Positions 38,421 to 51,079 of a stretch of DNA of 64,000 nucleotides are shown here, one piece after another; within the stretch, counting starts at the first letter, position 1, and every line of letters begins with the position of its first letter. A program made the translations under genes and the position numbers. Below the pieces are notes generated by a model. It was not told the origin of the DNA. It worked only from the letters and a program-made list of their open reading frames with translations, and did no database searches. Source of the stretch: the human T2T-CHM13v2.0 reference genome, Homo sapiens; NCBI RefSeq assembly GCF_009914755.1, contig NC_060930.1. One strand, 5' to 3'.

Positions 38421-40516
38421 ACTAGTTTTCTTTAAATAAGCTTTTTATTTTAGGATAGTCCTAAATTTACAGAAAAGTGACAAAAATAATACAGACAACT
38501 CTAGTTTTTCCTTCTCCCTTGTTCTCCTCAGAGACACATATTTTAAGATCTGCCAATGTGGTAAACATAAAATGGTATTTTATTTTATTTAGATTTTCCC
38601 TAAATACTACTATGCTAAGATATCTTTTGTAAGATACCTTACACAAAAGATACCTTAGTATAGTAGCATTTAGTATTCAGTATATATATACACACACAAA
38701 AAAGATATCTTAGTATAGTAGTATTTAATATTTATGCATTTTATGACTTGAGACTTAGTTCTATTGGTTTGTCTTTTTATTCTTCATTTATGAAATTATA
38801 TAAAGAATATAAATCTTTTTCAGTTAACTTTTTGCAACACCTTTTCCTGGTTTATCATCTTTTTTTTTAATTCTGTGTTTAAAAAGTTTTAAATATTTGT
38901 CTCTCCATATTATTATCATGAACACATTTTCTAATGCTGAATAAACCTTGCTTATCTGAAATAAACTAACCGACCATGATGTACCACGTTGTATATTTAT
39001 GGAAATATTCAGTTTGTTAATATTTGTTAAGTATTTTCATCTATATTTATGAGTGTCCTTGTCTGATGTAGGTGCCGAGGATGTTAGCAACATGTAAGTT
39101 GGAGAGTGTTTACTTTGCTGTACGTAAGATTAAAAGTACTTGCTTCTTGAAAATTTAATAGAATTTGAATTTAAAATGATCTAGGCTTTTTTTGTGTGGG
39201 GGGGGAGATTTTAAACCCAATACTACAATTCAGATATCCTACCTTTTTTCATGAGCATATTTTGGTTATTTACATTTTCTCAAATCTTTAATATTTTACC
39301 CATTTTATAATATATTGAAATGTAGTTATTTATATTATATTGCTATCTTTTTTATGATAATATATTTTAAACTTTAAAAAGTATTTCCAGTATTTATCTT
39401 CTGCTTTGTACTTTGTCAGTTGGTCATATAAATGATAGGTTGCTCAGTGTTATTATTCTTTCCAGACAATAACATTTTAATATCATTGATGTTTTTAATG
39501 ATAATTGTGTTTCACTTATTTGTGCTCTTATTTCTATCCTTCCATATTATGTGAATTATCTCTTTGTTTCATTTTAGTATGCCAACTCTTTAAGTTAGAT
39601 ACCAGCTTATTCATGTTTAACCTTTCTTTTTAATGAAGGTATTCAACAGTATGTATCTATTTATCTGTAAATATTTCTGTAGCTGCATTAACATGCATTT
39701 TTGTGTATAGTATTTTTATCACTCCATTCTAAGTGTATTTTTATATTCAAACCCATTATGACTTGACTTACAAATTATTTAGATGTGTGTTTTATTAAAA
39801 TGTAAATTGTATAAGCTCTTATAATTTTTTTTCTATTCATTATATTTAAAGTTGTCATGGCCAGTAAACGTGATATGTATTCTACCAAGTCCTCAAAATA
39901 TGCCTGCTTTATGATTTAGAATGTGATCAATATTCTAGAGTGCACCATGATACCAAAAGAAATATGTAATGACATGTGTTTTTGTGTTTGAAAGAGAGAG
40001 AGAGGGATAGAGAAAAACTATGTCTGTCTATTGTGTATGTTGCTATTGGTCTGCTTGACATTTGACTAACCAAGAGAAATAACATAAACACTCACCATTA
40101 TTATGAATTTCTCAACTTATCTTTCTACTTTGGGCTCTATTGAAGCTATTTATTAAAGGAATGTTGGTGAATATATGTGGATTTCTTTTATTCTATTTTC
40201 ACATTTTATTTCTCCCACATTTCTCTCACTTGCCCTCTTCATGCTTCATGTTTCTTTCTTTCTATCGGATTCATTCAGATTTTTTTAATGGTTTCCTCTT
40301 TTATCTTTCTCCTCATTATGAGATCGATTTCTGTTAACTTAGTGATTACGTTTAAAATTACCTTATTTATATTTAAGATTCCTATAGACATTCTTCCCCT
40401 TTCCCCAGCCAAATACTTTAGAATTATTTGAATCAGAATGCCACATTTAGTGTGTTGTTCATTAAAATAACTCCACAGTACAAAAACTATTTTATTATTA
40501 TAAAATCAGTTTTGGT

Positions 40517-40707
40517 TATACACACACATATATATACACATATATATGCATATATATACACGTATATGCATATATATACACGTATATGCATATATATACA
40601 CATATATGCATATATATACACATATATATGCATATATACACATATATATGCATATATATACACATATATATGCATATATATACGCATATATATATGCATA
40701 TATACAT
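40517..40707. repeat. ~20-bp-period alternating purine-pyrimidine minisatellite (tatatatacacatatatgca)
   Basis: About 9 degenerate units; explains the H/I/Y-rich and C/I/Y/M-rich ORFs in the track. Confidence 0.95.
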
Positions 40708-41479
40708 CTCTCTCCACAAATTTACCATTTAAAAAATAACCATTTAGTATCTCAGGTTCTTTTACTATGATCATTTTTCTTCTTTCTGATGTACATTTTA
40801 GAACTATCTTTAATGATGATAATATTTTTGTTGGAAAAATGTCTGTAATTTGTTCCACATGGTAAATGATATGTAGCTGAGATTACACCTCTTAGCTGAC
40901 AGTATTTTTTTCTCAGTATTTTCTGTATCTTGTTCCATTATCCTCTACACTTGCTGTAGACATTCTACTGTCAGTTTTTATTTCTTTGTAGAAAACATTT
41001 TTTCTTACTCCTTTTAATTTCTAAACATTTTATTTTCCACAGATATTGAGAAAATAATTTTTTATTAAAAATAATAAAATAACATATCTTCTTTATCTGT
41101 AGTGTTTTCCACTTTAAGTCTCATAAGTCTAAATATGTATTTCTCACTCACCCTTCTTGGGTAATTTTTGTTTAACCAAAAGATAATGATTCCCAGTTGA
41201 AGGAAATTCAAAGTCTGGAAATGAAGAAGATATTAATACAATATTTATACTTCTATATTATATAATTGGTTTAATGCTATTTAGCATTATTTTTAATATT
41301 TAAACAGAATCAATTTTAAAATTTTATTTTTAAATTTTAGAATAAAATTTAAATATTATTTTGAATGTTGTGAAGGTGAATATAGCAACTTTGCTCTGTA
41401 GAACAGGGTAATAGAAGGAACCTCATATAGATAGATTCATTAGACAGGATTTTCAGCATCTCTCCCTTGGAAATTAGAA

Positions 41480-41860
41480 ACTGGACATGAGATGCCTCAA
41501 TATCATTGACAAGATTAATACATTTTTGTATAAATCTAATTGCAGCCATGGGAATAGATTAGAGTTCCTAAAAACTTCTGCAGAGTAAAAAGATAGGGCC
41601 TCTAGGAAAGAAGTGAGGATTCATAGGACTACAGAGTGAAAAGGGAGTTAAAAGATCTGGCAAGAAATAAACTAAGAGAACATTATATCCATCAAAGAAA
41701 AGAGAAGAGAGATTTTTTATCAAGGCAGGGAATATTCAAAGGGAGGATATAAAGCAAATAAAGACTGGGAGGCTCTTTTTGACCTACTTCTCAGGAAAAA
41801 TTCTTTTGATTTGAGTAGAAAATTCTAGGTGGATAATAAAAACAAAAATGTGGGTTTTTT
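41480..41860 (-). mobile_element. Decayed L2 body fragment
   Basis: Purine-rich text with aattgcagccatgggaatagattagag, typical of antisense L2. Confidence 0.4.
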
Positions 41861-41922
41861 AGATAAACAGAAATGTTGTACATCATGTACAAATCTTCAA
41901 ATCTGTTCATTACTTTACAAAG

Positions 41923-42103
41923 ATATATCTTCCCAAGTGTGACCTGTGGGCCAGCAACATGTGTAAACTTAGAAATAGAAACTTTTTGGCCCCATTCTAG
42001 AACAAAAAAAACGCATGAGAAAATCTAGGGTAGGGTCCATCCATTTGTATTTTAACAAGTTATTTAGGTGATTCTGATGCCCAGTGAAGGTAGTGAGCCC
42101 CTG
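41923..42103. mobile_element. MER5A hAT MITE
   Basis: ttcccaagtgtgacctgtgggccagca...ttagaaat...ttttaacaagttatttaggtgattctgatgc...gagcccctg. Confidence 0.8.
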
Positions 42104-42734
42104 CTTTAATAAAAAGCAATAACGTTTGCCTATTTTCTCAAGCAACTGTCTTGCTGTAAAATGACAAACATTACATTTTTCTCATGTTCCATGTTTAGTA
42201 AGCCATTGAAACTTTTCAAGTCTACATTTTAATATATTTTGAACTAATCTTTCACTTTCCATTTTCTATTTAATTGTCTCATTTTGGGAATGTAGCATCT
42301 TTGGCTGCCTACAATGATTATAAATTTGTGTGTTACATCTAAATTATTGTTTTAAAAATTCTTGCATTGACATTAATGTTTTATAAGTAATTTCTTAAAT
42401 GAAGGTTGTATACATATCCCAAAAAAATTTAAGATGTGTATTTGTTATGCATCTTAAGAGACAGCACAGCATCAGTTCCTTTCAAATCATTCATGTGCTC
42501 ATCGCTAAACATATTCTCCTGTAGCTAGAAATAATAATTATTTTAAATATTTTACTTATCATTACCTTATTCATTTTTTATTGTACTTCTATATGTATAG
42601 CTCTGTTACATATAGGCATACAAATAGAAACATAAATAGAAAAATAAAATATACTGGTATGTAGAACATTCAGTGTGTACCTGATGTGGAGGAAACATTC
42701 TATAATTTATAATCTGCAGAGCAGTTAGGTCAAC

Positions 42735-42953
42735 CAGTAAGATTTAGATTCAAAATTTGTCTTTGCTACTTGGTAACTAGTTAATCTTAGGAATATCCCA
42801 CAATCTTTTGAGCCTCAATGTCCTCATCAGTAAAATGAGTATAATATTACCTGGCTAAGAGTTCTGCATAGATAACTGAGTTAAGAAGCATATAACACTT
42901 GGATAATTTTCTAAGAGAATTACTGTGAATGGTATATGGGCTCAGTAACAAAT
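42735..42953 (+). mobile_element. MIR
   Basis: MIR core ttgagcctcaatgtcctcatcagtaaaatgagtataata. Confidence 0.8.
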
Positions 42954-42994
42954 CTTGATTGACAGATAGGTACAAAGAAGTGGGACTGACTGAT

Positions 42995-43068
42995 TTCGGA
43001 GCATTCACTATTGCATCTCCTGCTCCTAGTAGAGTGCCTGAGTACTTAATAACTGTTGCTGAAAAATA
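42995..43068 (+). mobile_element. L2 3' end fragment
   Basis: ttcactattgcatctcctgctcctagtagagtgcctgagtac. Confidence 0.6.
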
Positions 43069-43219
43069 CATTTCACCACTCATGTCTTTTCCATTATTCT
43101 TCAATGACACATAACATTGTTTGGCATTGAATAAAATATATTTCTTCTCCTACCAGTGAGGCTGAGTACTTTTTCAATGCTTTCTTGTGTTGGAATGCAT
43201 CTTTTTATCCTTCTACAGT

Positions 43220-45325
43220 TTTTTAAATAAAACTTTTGAAATTATTTATATTTTACAGAAATATGCACAGATCCTAAATGAACAACTTGATGACTTTTCA
43301 CAGCATGTGAATTGTATAATCACCACCTAAATTAAGAAATCGAATACTGCCAGAACCTGGGGTATCATGTTGTCTCAACTTCCAGTAATTATTTCCCTTT
43401 TCTTCAAAGATAAACATTAATAATTGTTTATGTTTTCAAATTCATATACTATGTACTTTTTGTGTCTGTCTTCTTTCATTTGTTAGTTTATTTGAGATTA
43501 ATTCACATTGTGGATTATAGAAAGAGCTATCTCTATAAAATATTATAAAAATAATATTCCATAATTTATCAATTCTGAAACAGTTTACAACTAATGTTCA
43601 CTACAAAACTAAACCTGTTATGAACTTTCTTACACATATCTTTTGGGATTATGTGTGTAAACACATTTTTTTGAGTATGTAAATAGGAATGGAATTGCTG
43701 CACCTTTGGATTTGCTTATGTTTTGATTTATTATATATATTACCAGTTTTCTAAAGTGATTTTGAAAAATTTTATTTGTGTATAGGTGCATTTATTTTGC
43801 CTTTATCATTAAATACTAATTTAACCTTGAGTTCTTTGAATGTATTATTTCTGTGCCTTCTTTTTGCTATGGAGAAATCTGCTGTCAATCAATCTGTTTC
43901 TTTGTTGGCAATCTTTTTTTTTTCTATTTTTATAAATACAATTGACCCTGAAACAAAATGGGTTTGAACTCTGCGAGTCCACTTATGCACTTATATCTGA
44001 TCTTTTATATTCCCAGGATGTGAAGCTCACAGATATAGAAGGCCAACTTTTTGTATGCACACGTTCAGCAGTGTTGAGTACTGGACTTGCTTGTGGTGGA
44101 TTCTGGTATACACAAGGGTCCTAGAACAGTCCCCCACGTGTGACGACCAAGGGACAACTTACCATATTTTGTTGTTTTACTACAACATATCTAATGATTT
44201 TGTAAGAATCTTAAACCTGAGGGTGCATATCTTCCAATAGTTCTAGTAAAGACGCTAAGATTTCTATAAAAATAGCATCCATTTTAAGTATCTACATTCT
44301 TTCAGTTTGTAACTCCCATTATATAAAGCATATCTTATTCTTTTTCCAATATCTCTTACCCCTTCTCTTGTTTTACACCTATCTACATTTTGCTTGTTTA
44401 TTTTTCTGTTTAAAGTATCCATTGAAGTTTCAATTTCAATGGCTTCTCCGTTTTTGCCATTTTTAATTTTTTAAGGTTATTTTCACATCTTCCTGGCTAT
44501 TTGTTGTTTTTTCATTCAAAAATTTTAATTCCATCTTATATTTATTTTGTCATAGCAAATGTGCTTTTACATAATATTTATCTGAGATGGTCATCTGACT
44601 TTTTGTCATGAATAATTCTGCTACAAGCACTTGCACTCTCTGGTTAATGTTTAATTCATGTTGAGACTATGAATTCCTCAAAGCTTCATCTTGCAAATAT
44701 AGTGAGCCCTGGCTTCCATCCCTCTAGAGATGTTTTTACATTTGTTTCCATTAGGTGTCCTGGAACATTAGTAAGAGAAACAATTTTCTTAGGGGATTTT
44801 CTCATTTTAAGGGCTCTGATATGAATGGGAAGCTAACACAAATAAGAGTATTTGCATATGCTTGAGAAATAACTTTAAAAAAACAAAATTAGCACTCAGA
44901 CCAAAGCCAAGAAAGGCTTTTTTTTTTTCATCTCCCATTTCTAATGATACCTTTTTTTTCAGTCCAGCCCTTCTCTAAATATGACTTTATTCACATGACC
45001 TGGATTTATGTAAAGATCTCAATTACAACTTCCTTCTCGAAATTGCCCAAGGCCTTCTCCTGCATTGTATAACCCCCCGTTTCCACATTCCCTAGGTACA
45101 GTAATTGGCACGTATCCCCAAGGAAGGCAAACCTTAGCATTTACTAATAACTCTGATTGTTTGTTTTTCTCTTTCTCCAGCCTTGGAAATGTTCAGTACT
45201 TCCTTCTGAACTCAGTTATGAGGTGATTTTAAAAAGCTGCGTTTTTTTTGAAGCATTTTAGTTTTTTGTAATAGAGGCTTTTCTGGCTCTGTAGTCCATA
45301 AATATTTCCAGAAATATAATACTCT
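43220..45325 (-). mobile_element. Decayed L1ME fragments (3' end and ORF1/5' region), interrupted by MER8
   Basis: cagaaatatgcacagatcctaaatgaacaacttgatga; taggaatggaattgctg; gagaaatctgctgtcaatc. Confidence 0.55.
43939..44160 (-). mobile_element. MER8 (Tigger-derived MITE)
   Basis: TA|caattgaccctgaaacaaaatgggtttgaactctgcgagtccacttat...gggtcctagaacagtccccc...ccaagggacaact. Confidence 0.85.
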
Positions 45326-45667
45326 TAATAGCCTTAAGAGTCTCTAGAAATCAAATGATTTCTCACTTTTCTTGCTATTCTGGAGTAGACAAAGTGTCAA
45401 GTAAATAATAGCCAATAAATATATATCAAGTCCTTATTGAGAGTAAAGATAAAACGACCTGATTTATTTAGGGAACCACTTATAGGTCAGTAATAGTAGA
45501 GAATAACATGAAGGCTGGGATCATCAGAGGTAAATGTCAAGAAATAGGTAGCAATGTGATGAAAATAAGTCTTTTATGTAATTTAAGCAACTTGATTTAA
45601 ATTCTGGAGGAACATCACTGAAGTCTTTATGATTGGCTTATATTATGGCAGGGAGCCCATGGGAGAA

Positions 45668-46104
45668 GGATTAGAGTTCTTCAGACAGACATAACCAGAT
45701 AAATAAAGAGAGAGATTTTTAAGAAATTGCCTCATGCAATTGTGGGGGCTAGCAAGTTTGAAATTTGTAAGGTGGGCTGGCAGGTTTGAAATTCAAGGTA
45801 AGAGGTGATGTTGCAGACTTGTGTCTGAAATCTGTAAGGCAATTTAGTTAGGCTTTCTATGTTTCTGTCATAAGGCAGATTTGCTTCTTCTCATGGGAAC
45901 CTTATCTTTGCTCTTAAGGCCTTCAACTGATTTGGATAAAGCTCACCCCTATTAGGGCACTAAATCTACTTAATCAAAATTTACTGATTAAAAATGTAAA
46001 TCACACTGAAAAAAAATCTTTACAGCAATATCTAGACTGATGCTTGAACAAACACCTGTCCAATATAACTTAGCCAATTTTACATGTAAAATTAATCATC
46101 AGCA
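45668..46104 (-). mobile_element. MLT2 (MLT2B/D-like) ERVL solo LTR
   Basis: aagaaattgcctcatgcaattgtgggggctagcaagt...cttaaggccttcaactgattt...cagcaatatctagactgatgcttga...aaaattaatcatca. Confidence 0.85.
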
Positions 46105-46321
46105 CAGCTAAGCCTGGATGCAAAGTGAGACAAATCACAACAAACAAAATCACAAGTTAATTTTAATAGTTCAAGACAGAGATAAACATTTTATACTTAG
46201 TTACACGGCTTATGTGATATTTTTCATTTCCCTATAAATCTACTAGTTTCAAGTTTGCTTACAATAAGCCATTCTAAACAGACCAAATATAGCCCAGTAG
46301 GAACATTCCTTAAATAAGGAC

Positions 46322-46378
46322 TGTTATGGACAGAATATGTTGTTCCCCCCAAATTTGTATGTTGAAATCATAATCCCA
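46322..46378 (+). mobile_element. MLT1 LTR 5' stub (~55 bp)
   Basis: tgttatggacagaatatgttgttccccccaaatttgtatgttgaaatc; the rest of the LTR is absent. Confidence 0.8.
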
Positions 46379-49300
46379 GCAAAGTTATCCTTCAAATATA
46401 AACGAGAGACAAACTCTTCCTCAGATAAGCAAAAGCTAAGAGAATTCACAACCAGATCCCTCTTATAAGATATGCTAAAGGGAGTTCTTCAATCTGAAAG
46501 GAATAAAAGCACTAACATGAAAAAAGAACATATTTAGTCTAATACCCACTGGCAAAATAAATACATGAAGAAAACCAGAATACTGTAATACTATAATTGT
46601 GGTGTGCAATCCACTCATACCATTAGTATAAAGCCCAAAAGATAAATCTATAAAAAGTAATAATTGTATTAGCAATCTGTTAAGAAGCATTAAATATTAA
46701 AAATATGTAAATTGAAACAACATAAAGTCAAAATGTTGGGGGGGATAAAGTTAAGATATAGAGAGGGTTTTTTAATTATGTATTTGTTTCTATTATTCTC
46801 TTTCTAATCAGATAAACTGCAATTGCTTAAAAATAACTTGCTATATCTATAAGATGTTTGTGTAAGCCTTATGGTAACCACAATGCAAAAGCCTCTAATA
46901 AATTCACTAAAAGTAACAAGCAACAAATTAAAACATACTACCAGAGAAAATCGCTTAAAAAAATGCAGACAGTAAGAAAGGAAGAGCTGAATTACAAAAC
47001 AACCAGAAAATAAGCAACAAATGGCATTAATCAGTCCTTACTTATCAATAATAACTCTGAATGTAAATGGACTCAATTCCCCAATTAAAAGTTATAGAGT
47101 GGCTGAATGGATAAACTGTAAGACCCAACTATATGCTGCATACAAGGAATCCACTTCAACTATAAAGACACACATATACTGAAAATGAAAGGGTGGAAAA
47201 AGATATTTTATGCCAGTGGAAACCAAGAAAGAGCAGGAATAGCGATACTTATATCAGATAAAACAGACTGCAAATCAAAGAATGTAAAAAGAGAAAAAGG
47301 TCACTATATAATGATAAATGGGTCAATTCAGCAAGAGGATATAACAATTTTAAATATCTATGCATCCAACACTAGTGCTCTCAAGTATAGAAAGCAAACA
47401 TTAATAAATTTAAAGAACAGATATACTGCAATACAATAATAGAGGATGATTTAAATAGCCCATTGTCTCCTCATTTTTTGTTTGAACAGATTATACAGGC
47501 AAAAAACCAACAAAGAAACAACAAATGAGAATAAATAGGTCTAAATGACATTTACAGAATGTCTCACTCAGCCACTGTAGAATAGATTCATTTTGTTAGT
47601 ACATGGAACATTCTACAGAATAGATCATATCTTAGGCCATAAAACAAGCTTTCATAAGTTGAAGAGTAGAAGTTATATTGAGTATCTTTTTTTTTTGACA
47701 ACAATGAAATAAGACAGGAAATCAATAACAAGATGAACTTTGGAAAATATACAAATGCATGCAAATGAAAGAAGATGCTCCTGAATGCACACAGAATTAA
47801 TAAAGAAATTAAGCAGGAAAATTAAAACTGAAATGCAACATACCAAAATCTGTGAGATATAGCCAAAGTGGTACCATGAGGGAAGTTTAAAGCACTTTAT
47901 GACAAGATAGTAGGAAGACTTCAAATAAACCTAGGAATGCACCTCAAGGAATTAGAAAAGCAAGAACAAACCAAGCCTAAAGTTAGTAGAAGGAAAGGAA
48001 AAAAAAAGATTAGAACAGAAATAAATGAAATTGAGACAAAAATAGAGAAGATCAATGAAATGAAAAGTTGGTTCTTTTGAAAATATAAAGAAAAGACAAA
48101 TCTCTAGTTAGACTAAGAAAAAAAGGAGACGACCCAAATAAATAAAATCAGAAATGAAAAAAGGAGACATAATAACCGGGACCACAGAAATACAAAGAAT
48201 CATTGGAGACTATGATGAACTACTATATAGCAACAAATCGGAAAACCTAGAAGAAATGTATAAATTCCTGGACACATGCACCCTACCGAGATTGAAACAT
48301 GACGAAACATAAAATCTGAACAAAACAATAATAAAGAGATTAGAGCCTTAATAAAAATTATCTCATTAAAGGGAGCCCAGAACCTGCTGGCTTCATGGCT
48401 GAATTCTAACAAACACTTAAAGAACTAATACCAATTCTATTCAAACTCTTTAGATAAATTAAAAAGGAGGGAGAATACTCAAACTCGTTCTTTAAGGCCA
48501 GCATTATCCTTATACCAAAACCAAACAAGAACATAACGGCAACAGTAAAAGCCACAGGCCAATAATTTTGATGAACATAGAGACAGATATCTTCAACAAA
48601 ATACTAGCAAACCAAATTCATAACACATTAAAAAGATTATTCATCATGGTAAATTGGGATTAATTCCTGGGTTTCAAGGATGACTCAACAAATTACTAAA
48701 TATGATACATCACATTAAGAGAACCAAAGAGAGAAACCAAATAATCATTTCAATAGATGCTAAAACGCATTTGATAAAATTTAAAATTACTTTGCCTTAA
48801 AAACCCTCACCAATGTGGATATAGAAGAAACAGACTAAAAAGTAACAAAGGTCATATATGACAAACCCACTGCTAACATCATAATGAAAGTGGAAAAATT
48901 GGAAGTCTTTCCTCTCAGATCTAGACCAAGACAAGGAGGCTCACTTTCACCACTTTTATTTGACATAGTACTGGAAGGTCTAGCCAGAGCAGTTAGGCAA
49001 GAGAAAAATTAAAGGGCATCTAAATTGGGTAAGGAGAGAGTGAAATTGTCCCTGTTTACAGATGGCATAATCTTATATATAGAAAAACCAGAATACTTCA
49101 CCAAAAATCTCTTAGAATTGATCAACAAAATCAGTAAAGTTGGAGTATATAAAATTAATATACAATAATTAGTAACATTTTTATACAGAAACAATGAAAT
49201 TGCTGAAAAAAATCAAGAAGGCAATTCCCTTTTGGTAGCAAAAATAGCTACCTAAAAAAGCCCAATAAATAAATTTAACCAAGGAGGTAAAAGACCTCTA

Positions 49301-51078
49301 CAAGGAAAACTACAAAACATTGATGAAAGAAAAGGAAGATGATGTAAACAAATGGAAAGACATCCCATGCTCATGAATTGAAATAATTAATATTGTTAAA
49401 ATGACAATACTACCCAGTGCAATCTACAGGTTCATTAAAATTTCTATCAAAATTCCAGTGACATCCTTCATATACACAGAATAAAAATCCTAAAATTTGC
49501 TTGAAACCACAAAAGATCCCAAATAGACAAAGCAATCTTGAGCAAAAAGAACAAAACTGGAGGAATCATACCACCACACAAGTGCAAAGCTGTAGTTACC
49601 TAAACAGCATAGTATGGCCATAAAAACTGACACATAGTCCAATGGAGCAGAAGAAAGGACCTAGATTAATCCATATAATGCAGCTGAATGATTTTTGACA
49701 AATGTAACAAGAACACTCATTAACGAAAGGACAGTCTTTTTGATAAATGACTAGTTTTATTCTACTGATGTTCATATGCAGAAGAATAAAACTAGACTCC
49801 CATCTTTCACCTAATATAAACATCAACTCAAAGGGGATCAGACCTAAATGTAAGACCAAAAATGATAAAACTACTAGCATAAAACATAGGAGTAATTCTT
49901 CAAGACATTGGTCTGAGCAAAGAATTTTTTGTGTAAGACCTAAGAAGTACAGGCAACCAAGCAAAAACAGACCAATGAGATTATATCAAGCCAAAATGTC
50001 TCTAGACAGCAAAGGAAAAAATCAACAATATGCTGAGACAACCCATAGAATGGGAAAGAATGTTTGGAATGTTTGCAAACTATCCATCTGACAAGGGATT
50101 AATAACTAGAATATATAAAGAGCTCAAAGAACTCAATAGCAAACATACAAATGATTCCATTGAAAAATGGGCAAAAGATCTGAGTAGACATTTCTCAGAA
50201 GAAATCATACAAATGACCACCTGGTAAATGAAAAAATGCTCAGCATCACTAATTATCAAAGAAATGCAAATCAAAACCACAATGAGATATCATCTCACTG
50301 CAGTCAAATGGCTTTTATCAAAAAAGACAAGGAATAATGGGTCATGACAAGGATGTGGAGAAAGGAGAATCTCCATACATCGTGAGTGGGAATATTAATT
50401 AGCACAGTCATACAAAAATACCTATAGAGGTTTCTTAAAAAAGTAAAAATGGAACTACCATATGATCCAGCAATTCAACTGCTGGTATATCTTCAAGAGA
50501 AAATAAATCAATATGTTAAAGGTATATCTGTATGCTTATGTTTTTTGCAGCACTATTTATAATAGCCAAAATATGGAATCAACCTAAGTGTCCATTAATG
50601 GCGGAATGGATAATGAAAATGTGGTATACATAAAAAATGAAACATTATTCAGCCATAAGAAAAAAATAAAATCCTGTCATTTGTAGTAATATGGTTGGAA
50701 CTAGAGGTTATTATGTAAATGAAATCAGCCAAGCACAGAAGGACAAATACCGTATGTTCTCACTCATATGTTGGAGATATAAAAGGGCATTTCATGAAGA
50801 TAGAGAGAAAATTTGTTGTTATCGGAGGCTGAGAAGTGGTGGTAGGGGGACGAGGGAGAGATTAAGAGAAGTTTATTTATGGGTACAGTTTGATACAAGA
50901 AATACAACATGATGTTTAATAGATCAAGGTGACAATTGTTTATAATAATCTATTGTATATTTTAAAATAGCTAGAAGAGAATAGTTCAAGTGTTTTAGCA
51001 TATTTAAAGTGATAGATTTCCTAATTGAACTGAGTTGATTTGTACAAATTATATGAGTGTATTAAATTATCACATATC
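46373..51078 (+). mobile_element. L1MA4A-like element: ORF1 end, disrupted ORF2, 3' UTR without terminal poly(A)
   Basis: ORF 47185-47439 is an L1 endonuclease fragment (KGWKKIFYA...ILISDKTD...GHYIMINGSIQQEDITILNIYA); RT motif reads LFTDGIILY near 49052; 3' UTR tacaaattatatgagtgtattaaattatcacat. Confidence 0.9.
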
Positions 51079-51079
51079 T

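Noticed and set aside
40428-40858. Repetitive [15 protein letters not shown] proteins
   Set aside because: These are translations of a TA/CA minisatellite that lacks stop codons in several frames.
46373-51078. Active or coding-competent L1
   Set aside because: ORF2 is broken by many stops and frameshifts, the RT FADD motif is degraded to FTDG, and there is no 5' UTR.
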